Shown: positions 48,897 through 57,004 of the stretch, one piece after another | Layout of the letters: every line of letters begins with the position of its first letter | How positions within the stretch are numbered: position 1 is the first letter of the stretch | Source: Oscillospiraceae bacterium | GTDB taxonomy: Bacteria; Bacillota; Clostridia; Oscillospirales; Acutalibacteraceae | Direction of reading: 5' to 3' | Length of the DNA: 64,000 bases | NCBI GenBank assembly: GCA_003526845.1 | Contig: DPVM01000008.1 | Span: forward strand, 47,593-111,592 | Translations under genes and position numbers: made by a program | Notes under the pieces: model-generated | Seen by the model: the letters and a program-made list of their open reading frames with translations, nothing else | Told to the model about the DNA's origin: nothing | Databases searched by the model: none

Positions 48897-48951
48897 GCAT
48901 ACAGTTCTTAATAGTGCAATTCGTAATATTTAATGGAGGTAAAATTAAAAA

Positions 48952-51900
48952 GTGGAAACTAAATACTCTAAAGTTTTTGCTAAAAAGCTTTTGGCTTTGT
49001 TCCTCTCGGTTCTCATGGCATTAACTTGCTTCACCGGTGCTTTAAATGCGTTTGCCGCAAGTAAAGACAGCGATAAAGATTATTATGACGATAACCTTGC
49101 CGCTAACTTTATGGCATGGGCAGAAACCACCGACGAGCAAACAGCAGAAGCACTTCTTAACTACGCTGATAAGCATTTGCCTGATTTAGCTACTTCGCTT
49201 CTTGGTTCAACACATGTTTACTTCAGTGTAAACGCCGTTGTTGCTACCATCACAATTGACGGTTATCTTGACAGCGTTGACGGTGCTTTCGACCTTGTAA
49301 AACAGGCTCAAGATATCCTCGGCAAGTTCGGTAATGTCGTAGGCGGCGATGTTAAAAATCTCGACCTTACTCCGATTTCCAGCTTGACCCCTGCTTCTTC
49401 GGGAAAATATGTTGTTTCTGACTGTGGCAAATCATACCGTCAGAACTACAGCGCAAAAGAGCTTGTTGTTGCACTTGCCAAAGTGTTGTATGTTAACTCA
49501 AACGACCTTGCCGGCAAGAACATTTTGGGTCAGTTCGTTAAAGGTAAATTTAACCTCGGTAACCTTCTTCAAAACCTCATTTTGAAAAAGGACGTTTACG
49601 CTCTTCTCCAAGATACACTTGATATGTGGAGCGGCTATCAGTACAACCTTGTTTATAACATCGTTGCTAATGTTATGATTAAAAATACCGATTGGTTTAC
49701 CGATGAGGAAAAAACAGCTTATTATGCTGACCTTAAAGCAACAAACGCAAGCGGAAGAACTTATGCTTGGAACTATGATGATGTACTTTTCAAAGCTTTA
49801 AGCAAATCGCTTCTTCAGAAGATAAGTGTATTAGTAACATATAATACATATTATACCAATGATAAGGGCGAAACTATTCCTGAATCTTCTTATACAAGAT
49901 ACAAGGATGGCAAAATCCAAGACAGCAAACTTGTTTACTCCGACGAGTTTATGGATAAGGAAAACAACAAAATGAATGTTTACCTTTTCCAATATGACTT
50001 TAACGGCGACGGCAAAATCGAAGATATGAACAGCGACGGACAGGAAGAAAAACTTTCTATCGCAAAGAATGATACTCTTTATTCTTTCGCTTTCAGAGCT
50101 TTGAAGCTTGCTTGGTATACAGTTCTTAAAGACACTCTCGGCACAGTTCATGTTAATGATGACAATGTTAAAACCGATAATGCTGACTTCAAGAACTTTG
50201 ATAATCTTTTCTTCTATTGGAAACAAAAATCAGAAAACGGCGGTTGGAATTACACAGACTGGACTTCCAACTATTCAGCTGCTAATGTAAAAGCTTGGGC
50301 AGAATCTGCATATGCAGGTTACAAATATAGCTCTGCCGATGCTTTCCTTGCAGATGTTAAGGCAAATCTTTCTTATGACAGAAATGTTGTTGACAATGCT
50401 AAGGGCAATTGGAGAGATGTTGATTCAACAAAGCTCTTCGCAAAGCTTCGTTACAGCCCGCTTGCTGATAAATATTTCAATATGCAAACAGGTCCTATCA
50501 ACCTTTACTTCACACAAACAGGCACAGCCGATATTGATTCATTCTTCGAGACAGCTTTCTCAAAGTATAACAATATGGTATCCGGCTTCAACGATGCTCT
50601 TGTTGCTGTAACAAAGACTATCTTTATCAACAGCGACAACATCGGCTACGGCTCAAAGGATAACAAGCCTGTTACAAACCTTGAAGTTCCTACAATGGGT
50701 GAGACAGGTCCTACAGACAGTATTTCTACAATTTCAACAACACTTGTAGCAAATACAATGAATATGGTTGAATATGTTGCAAACGCAACAGATCCTAACC
50801 TTCTTAACGGCTTCTATAAGAAAAACAACTTGACTATGAAGACAAGCGGCGTTTCTATTAAAGAGCCGGGTAACCTCAACGAGAGCAATTTTGAGGATGC
50901 TATGCTGCCTCTTCTTATCTCTTGTCTCCAAAACATCAATATGCTTGATCCTGTTCATGACGAAGTATGGGATTCATGTAAGGATGCCGAAGGTGTTGCA
51001 GTAGTTGCACTTGAGGAATATCTTTCATTCGTACTTCCTGACAAGGATTACTCCGTTCTCTATACATATGATTCAAACGGATACATTGTCGCAAAGAATA
51101 ACGGCTCACTCTTTGACAGCGCTGTTCTTCCGATGGCACGTGACGCTCTGAGCTATGTTATCCAATCTGTTGTTCCTTGCCTCTACAAGGATTCAAACAA
51201 TAACTGGAAAGAATGGGATGTTTATACTGCTCCTGTAACAAGCGAGGCAGACCTTCTTGACATTCTCAACTCGGTTATTTGCTACTATGCTTCACAGGAT
51301 ACCTTCAAGGACTGCGGTTACAAAGCAGGCAGAAAGGCTGATTCTTACGGCAAGGCTGTTGCATCACTTCTCGGTGTTGTAAACGCTGACGGCTCCTGCC
51401 AGGTTACACTCAACAATACAATTTGGCAAAATCTTGACGCTGTTGTTAACAAGCTTCTCCCCATTGTTGGTACTCTCCAATACGGTGACACAAGCAAAGC
51501 AGGTCAGGCATCAACAAAATCTCTTATCTGGGATGAACTTGTAAACGGTATTCTTGATATCGCTGACACCCACGCTTCAGGCAAGCAGGGTATCACAAAT
51601 CTTATTGAAAGAATCCTTACAGTTGTTACTGCTCCTCCGATTTCGGCAAAGGGCGTAGATAAGATGGTTTATGATGACTTCCTTGTTCCGTTTGCTAACG
51701 CTTTGTTCGGCGGAAGATATTCAGGCCAGCATTATGATAAGGTTATCCCTTATTCATCATGGTATGACAAGGATGCTTATGCAGATACTAAGTCGGATTC
51801 ACCTTTCGATTCACTTGTAACAACAAGTACTCTCGGCTACTATTCGGCATCTAACGATACTGCCGACGGTAAAGAGACAGGTGTTCTCGGTATTCTCATT

Positions 51901-54900
51901 TACAACATCTTTGAAATTTTCGGTGGCACAGACACTTATTCCTATACTAAACATGCAGGTGCTAAGGGTGCTTGGACCGGTGCAATGTTCGCGGTTGAGG
52001 CTGTAAATAACTTCCTCCCATCATTCGTTCCGAGTATTTCAGACCATAACTTGAGCGCTGCTACTGCAGTTGTTAAGAATGCGTCACTTTCAGGCTTGAC
52101 CGACGGTTCTTCCTTCGGTACAAACAGCCTCAACATCACTAATAACGCATCGGGTCTTAACAGATTCTACAGAGATGCAAACGGTGATGTTCATCAAAGC
52201 GACAGATACTTTATGTATATCGACAGTATCGATATTGCATCAACGAACGGTTCCTCATCAAACCTTACATTGGGTGATTATGAGAAAGTTGTTTCTCCTG
52301 ATGAAACACTGAGAGTTTCTCTCACAGGTGCTGCTCCGAAGGGTAATGCACTTTATACATTTAAAGTTAATTACTCAATTTTCAAGGGCAAAACTTCAGG
52401 TTCAACAAAGCCGTCTATCACTCCTGAAAATACATATGCAACAAACCTCACGGCTACTGCATACTTGTATATGACAGAGGATAAGGCTTGGCAGCAAACC
52501 GTTTATAACAACTCGGGTGAATTTAATACTGCATATCAGGGATCGGGAGCAAACCAATCCAATGATTATACATTTACATCGGATGAAGGCGGTACAGGTA
52601 AGAACCTCTACGCTACATTCCCGAAGGCATTCATTATTCCTAAGTCTGAATTGAAAGGCTCAAAGAACTTTACAAAGAATGTTATTCGCGTTACTAACAA
52701 GAGCGGTAGATCGACAGCTCTTGGCGTTATTGGCGGTAATACATATTCATTCGACGGTATGTACACCTATCTTTCATCGGGCACTAAGTATTATGCTGTA
52801 ACTGATGGAAAAATTGCCGATACACTTACAACTGCTTCGGCTGCTAACGATAAAGTTGCATATGTTGCGGTTGATAAGTCAACAGGTAATATCCTTAACT
52901 ATAACTTGTATGACTATTCAACAGATAACGGTAAATCTTGGAACCGCGGCGAAAAGCAAGCAACCGGCGTTTACGGCGGTTACACTTCAGAGGAAGTCAA
53001 TGCTCTTCCTGAAAAGGACAATGACGGCTTCACAACAAGAGCCCATGTTGCTTGGACAATGGATGAATTCCTTGCTTCAGGCTACGCATTCGGTGTTCAA
53101 AGAGAAGAAGCTGCTCCTGATGCTCAAGGCAACAAGACATATGTTTACAATTCTGTAATGATTAACTTGAAAGGCAATGCAGAAAAAGAGGTATCTTGGA
53201 CTTCAACAAACGACGGCAATACTTACAATTCTTCTGTAGCAACACTCCTTCTTCAGGGTAAGGCAGATTGCAACGGTAAGCTTTCAATTTCGTTTGGTAC
53301 TCCTATTGCCGGTCTCTACTTTGCAACATCTAAGACAGCAATTACTAAACAGTCATCTGCCAATGTTCAGTTCCTTGCGTATGACGGATCAACCGATATG
53401 GATGTTCAAGACTTCGATATGCCGGTATTCGTTTATACTACAAACAACCCGAACCTCAGGGGTACTGTTCATATGTATGTAGCCGATGACTCTGTTTCTA
53501 CAACCCTTAATACACAGTATAACGCTGCACTTAAGGCATCAGCTACTTATGCATCAAATGACTTTACAGACGCTGATTCAAACGGCGACTCTGCAACTTA
53601 TAATGCATTCCAGAATGCGCTTTCAGATTCTGTTAAGCTCATTTCTACACCTATCACAACAGCAAATGCAACCACACTCGGTAACAAGACTCAGGTAGTT
53701 CCTAAAACAACCGAAACAACATCAAACCTTAATAAGGATGTTGCTTACGAACCTGTTTCTAAGGACACTGCTCTTCCGGCTGCTCTTCAGGCAGACGCTA
53801 CAAAGGGCTCTGATTTCTGGTATATCGACAAGGCTTGCACAATTCCGATTTATTCGGCAACAGAGCTCACCGGCTCTAACCTTACTCAGGACGCAGCAGG
53901 ATATTCAGTTGCTAAGAGTGATGAAGACAACAAGTATCACTATGTAAATGCTCCTACATCGGAGACTGCATGGGATACTACAACATATGTCGACAGCACT
54001 TTGAATGAAACATATCCGTATCTCTATGAGACCGGCGTTCAAAAGAAGGATTCAAACGGCAAGGCACTCTATAAAGAGGTTAACTTCGTCTACAGAGATA
54101 AAGACGGTAAGAAGTGCACCTCTAAGGATGCTTGGGCTTACAAGTTTGCTGAAACAGTTACAGAATCAGTTCCTAACGATGCTGCCACTGCAACTGACAA
54201 CCGTGGTATCTATCAAAAAGCTCTTGATAATATCACATACAATATGATTCAGCTTAAATCAAAGGTTAATACTGCAATTGCTTCTCGTATCGATGGCAAT
54301 AAGGACTCTGACGGCAAATATATTGATGTTGTTCAATCACGCAAGGGTCTCAACAGTGTTAACTTCAATGTTGCATCATATGAAAAGATGGTACAAATCG
54401 CTAAGGATGCAGAATCTCTTATCTACTATGTTGATAAGGTAGATGCACAAGGCAATAAGGTTATCGCTAAGGATGAAAACGGTAAGGAAATTACCGACGC
54501 TGCAGGCAACCCTGTTTACGAACAAGAGCCTAAGACAGAGCATTCATCACTCGAAATCAAAGCCGCTCTCGATATGTATAATGAGTACAAGGGATATGTT
54601 CAAAGCCGCGGCTATAAGGGCGCTAAGCTTGAGCAGGAAATCACTTGTGCTACAACTAAAAACTATGATCACGCTCAAAACAAGAACCTTGTTGACAGCG
54701 ATATCCTCACCAAGGATGACTTCACCGTTTCTATCACTCGCGATGATACTACAGGTGCTATCACAGCCGCTACTGTAACTAATAAGACATCAAAGGGCGC
54801 TAAATACGGCAAGTATGTTGGCGGCGTTCTCGCTAATGAAGGCGATGTTGTTTACAGCGATGTATCATGGACTAATTATGTAAATGCTCTTGCTGAAGCA

Positions 54901-55464
54901 ATCGAGGTTGCTCAGGAAGGCACTGCAAATATTTCAAAGATTTATACAATTAAGTGTAATCTTGCAAATGCCGAAAACGCTCTCACTGCAAAGAGCGCTG
55001 ATCCTGAACCGTCTGACACCATCACTGTTTCCGGTAAGGTAACAATTGCTACAAATCTTGACGGTACAGCAGGTGATAAGGGCATTGTAGGTATTAATGT
55101 TGCAACAGCAGATAAGTCAATCGTTGCTACCACTGCTTCTGACGGTACATTCACTATTGAAGTTCCGGCAGGCACAACAGAGCTTGTTGTTTACGGCGAC
55201 ACAACTGTTGACAGAACTGTTACTCTTTCGGGTACAGCAAGCGTAAGCGATGTTGTTATCCCAATCAATATCTGCGACTATGTTAAGAATGGCTCAATTG
55301 ATGCGTACGATAACTCTAAGTTTGTCGCTGCACTCAATAATGGTGAATATGGTATTTACTATGACCTTGTACCTAATGGAGAGCTTGACGCTTATGATAA
55401 CTTACAATTCTTAGCATTCTTGAACAAAGATATTGTTTATGCACCGTTAGCACTTGATAAATAA
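48952..55464 (+). CDS. Giant secreted protein of 2170 aa, N-terminally paralogous to the 2529-aa protein. Its C-terminus is a CarbopepD_reg-like beta-sandwich followed by a type-I-like dockerin.
   Basis: It has a GTG start with a GGAGG RBS. The signal peptide ends ...LTCFTGALNAFA-ASKD. The C-terminus reads ...VTIATNLDGTAGDKGIVGINVA..TASDGTFTIEVPAGTTELVVYGD..., then CDYVKNGSIDAYDNSKFVAALN ... YDLVPNGELDAYDNLQFLAFLN. These are two calcium-binding F-hand-like segments. Confidence 0.85.
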   Translation: METKYSKVFAKKLLALFLSVLMALTCFTGALNAFAASKDSDKDYYDDNLAANFMAWAETTDEQTAEALLNYADKHLPDLATSLLGSTHVYFSVNAVVATITIDGYLDSVDGAFDLVKQAQDILGKFGNVVGGDVKNLDLTPISSLTPASSGKYVVSDCGKSYRQNYSAKELVVALAKVLYVNSNDLAGKNILGQFVKGKFNLGNLLQNLILKKDVYALLQDTLDMWSGYQYNLVYNIVANVMIKNTDWFTDEEKTAYYADLKATNASGRTYAWNYDDVLFKALSKSLLQKISVLVTYNTYYTNDKGETIPESSYTRYKDGKIQDSKLVYSDEFMDKENNKMNVYLFQYDFNGDGKIEDMNSDGQEEKLSIAKNDTLYSFAFRALKLAWYTVLKDTLGTVHVNDDNVKTDNADFKNFDNLFFYWKQKSENGGWNYTDWTSNYSAANVKAWAESAYAGYKYSSADAFLADVKANLSYDRNVVDNAKGNWRDVDSTKLFAKLRYSPLADKYFNMQTGPINLYFTQTGTADIDSFFETAFSKYNNMVSGFNDALVAVTKTIFINSDNIGYGSKDNKPVTNLEVPTMGETGPTDSISTISTTLVANTMNMVEYVANATDPNLLNGFYKKNNLTMKTSGVSIKEPGNLNESNFEDAMLPLLISCLQNINMLDPVHDEVWDSCKDAEGVAVVALEEYLSFVLPDKDYSVLYTYDSNGYIVAKNNGSLFDSAVLPMARDALSYVIQSVVPCLYKDSNNNWKEWDVYTAPVTSEADLLDILNSVICYYASQDTFKDCGYKAGRKADSYGKAVASLLGVVNADGSCQVTLNNTIWQNLDAVVNKLLPIVGTLQYGDTSKAGQASTKSLIWDELVNGILDIADTHASGKQGITNLIERILTVVTAPPISAKGVDKMVYDDFLVPFANALFGGRYSGQHYDKVIPYSSWYDKDAYADTKSDSPFDSLVTTSTLGYYSASNDTADGKETGVLGILIYNIFEIFGGTDTYSYTKHAGAKGAWTGAMFAVEAVNNFLPSFVPSISDHNLSAATAVVKNASLSGLTDGSSFGTNSLNITNNASGLNRFYRDANGDVHQSDRYFMYIDSIDIASTNGSSSNLTLGDYEKVVSPDETLRVSLTGAAPKGNALYTFKVNYSIFKGKTSGSTKPSITPENTYATNLTATAYLYMTEDKAWQQTVYNNSGEFNTAYQGSGANQSNDYTFTSDEGGTGKNLYATFPKAFIIPKSELKGSKNFTKNVIRVTNKSGRSTALGVIGGNTYSFDGMYTYLSSGTKYYAVTDGKIADTLTTASAANDKVAYVAVDKSTGNILNYNLYDYSTDNGKSWNRGEKQATGVYGGYTSEEVNALPEKDNDGFTTRAHVAWTMDEFLASGYAFGVQREEAAPDAQGNKTYVYNSVMINLKGNAEKEVSWTSTNDGNTYNSSVATLLLQGKADCNGKLSISFGTPIAGLYFATSKTAITKQSSANVQFLAYDGSTDMDVQDFDMPVFVYTTNNPNLRGTVHMYVADDSVSTTLNTQYNAALKASATYASNDFTDADSNGDSATYNAFQNALSDSVKLISTPITTANATTLGNKTQVVPKTTETTSNLNKDVAYEPVSKDTALPAALQADATKGSDFWYIDKACTIPIYSATELTGSNLTQDAAGYSVAKSDEDNKYHYVNAPTSETAWDTTTYVDSTLNETYPYLYETGVQKKDSNGKALYKEVNFVYRDKDGKKCTSKDAWAYKFAETVTESVPNDAATATDNRGIYQKALDNITYNMIQLKSKVNTAIASRIDGNKDSDGKYIDVVQSRKGLNSVNFNVASYEKMVQIAKDAESLIYYVDKVDAQGNKVIAKDENGKEITDAAGNPVYEQEPKTEHSSLEIKAALDMYNEYKGYVQSRGYKGAKLEQEITCATTKNYDHAQNKNLVDSDILTKDDFTVSITRDDTTGAITAATVTNKTSKGAKYGKYVGGVLANEGDVVYSDVSWTNYVNALAEAIEVAQEGTANISKIYTIKCNLANAENALTAKSADPEPSDTITVSGKVTIATNLDGTAGDKGIVGINVATADKSIVATTASDGTFTIEVPAGTTELVVYGDTTVDRTVTLSGTASVSDVVIPINICDYVKNGSIDAYDNSKFVAALNNGEYGIYYDLVPNGELDAYDNLQFLAFLNKDIVYAPLALDK

Positions 55465-55857
55465 TCGTTGCGTTTGCAACTAATCTTTTGGTAAAAAGCA
55501 GGTGTTGTGCCGAGTTGATACGGACGATTTGGCCCTACCGTTATTTCGCTGTGAATACTCCGCCGGTAAATATTTTATGGAAACGGAATATTTACACATC
55601 GGTTTAAACAACACAAACAAATAGCGGAATCAATGAAACCGTTTTCGACTTTGCCGAATCTATTTTTTCAAGTATTTACATCTTTGTAGATTTAAGCCTG
55701 CTTTTTATCTATTATGCTACAATAATATGCGGCGTCGCTGCCTTAACGCAAGCGCAAAGGCGGCGACAATGCGTGTTATTGCAGCCAAACAGTAATGAGA
55801 GGACGGCATCGAATTTTTGAATTCAATATAAGATGCCGTGGGTTATTATGTCTTACT

Positions 55858-56961
55858 ATGAACTTTTTAAAAAAGAAAGTATTACCCATCCTACTCGCAT
55901 GCATAGTGATACTCCTTGCCGCTGTTCCGCAAATTTCTGTATTTGCTGAAAAAGGAACGCTCGGCACGGAGAATCCGGTTTGGAAAGCATCATTTCTCGA
56001 TTCTGACGGCAATGCAGCCGACGGCAATTCGCTCCTTGCGGGTGAATACACCGTCAACCTTAATCTGTATGGAATGAAAACCGTTTCGGTTTTGCAGATA
56101 TCTGCAACATATACCGATGCGGTCACCGTCAATTCGTGCAAAACGATAGCACAATCTAAGTCGGCTCTATTTCGTGACATAATAAAAAAAGAAAATGATA
56201 ATGAATTCGACGCCGTTGTTGCCGCATACAACAGCGATTCCGTTATTACCGCCGTTGATATTGCAGATGGCGAAACAATGGTGTCACTTAATATAACAGT
56301 TAATACTCCGGGCGATTTTGCGAATTATTTTTCTCTCAATACCGACCCTGAGCGCACATATATCGGCGCCGATCTCGGCGACGGCTATGACAGCGCATAC
56401 ACCTGTGTCGAAAGCGCAGATGTTCAGGCTCCGAGCGACAGAAAATATTATCCAAATATCACACACGATATGTCGCCGGATATTAGCGTAAAAACATACG
56501 ATGTTAAAGGTCAAATCACAATAGCTACAAATCTTGACGGCACAGCCGGCACAACCGGAATTGTCGGTATCACTGCCTCCGTTGCAGTGGGTGACAAAAC
56601 TGTCACCGCAACAACTGACTCGGAGGGCTACTACACCCTTTCCGCTTTGCCGGAGGGCACATATACCGTCACCTTCAGCGGCTCAACAACTGTCGACCGC
56701 ACTGCAACGCTCGTCGTTTCAGCCGATAAGGCAGATTCAAACGGTTTAATCACCGTTTCCGCTGTTCCGATTTGTATTTGTGATTATGTCAAAAATGGCG
56801 AAATTGACGCATATGATTATTCAACATTTGTTACTTCATTTAATGGTGATTATAATATTTACTGTGATTTGATAAAGAATGGTGAAATTGATGCGTATGA
56901 TATGTCACAATTTTTGGTATTTCTTAACAAAACTGTCGAATATGCAAAAATTGCATTATGA
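55858..56961 (+). CDS. Secreted dockerin-containing protein of 368 aa. It has an unknown N-terminal domain plus a CarbopepD_reg-like module and a dockerin homologous to the C-terminus of the upstream giant protein.
   Basis: The signal peptide is MNFLKKKVLPILLACIVILLAAVPQISVFA. The C-terminus reads ...GQITIATNLDGTAGTTGIVGI..., then CDYVKNGEIDAYDYSTFV ... CDLIKNGEIDAYDMSQFLVFLN. The ORF-track start at 55795 has no signal peptide and was discounted. Confidence 0.7.
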   Translation: MNFLKKKVLPILLACIVILLAAVPQISVFAEKGTLGTENPVWKASFLDSDGNAADGNSLLAGEYTVNLNLYGMKTVSVLQISATYTDAVTVNSCKTIAQSKSALFRDIIKKENDNEFDAVVAAYNSDSVITAVDIADGETMVSLNITVNTPGDFANYFSLNTDPERTYIGADLGDGYDSAYTCVESADVQAPSDRKYYPNITHDMSPDISVKTYDVKGQITIATNLDGTAGTTGIVGITASVAVGDKTVTATTDSEGYYTLSALPEGTYTVTFSGSTTVDRTATLVVSADKADSNGLITVSAVPICICDYVKNGEIDAYDYSTFVTSFNGDYNIYCDLIKNGEIDAYDMSQFLVFLNKTVEYAKIAL

Positions 56962-57004
56962 GACGATAATCGTATTACTTAATTATTAATGGAGGAATTT
57001 TTAA

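Noticed and set aside
40470-55464. The giant-gene region as a prophage or other mobile element
   Set aside because: There is no integrase, transposase, terminase or capsid gene, and no flanking direct repeats. The tRNA is 6 kb away with housekeeping hisHF in between. Coding content is surface or secreted proteins.
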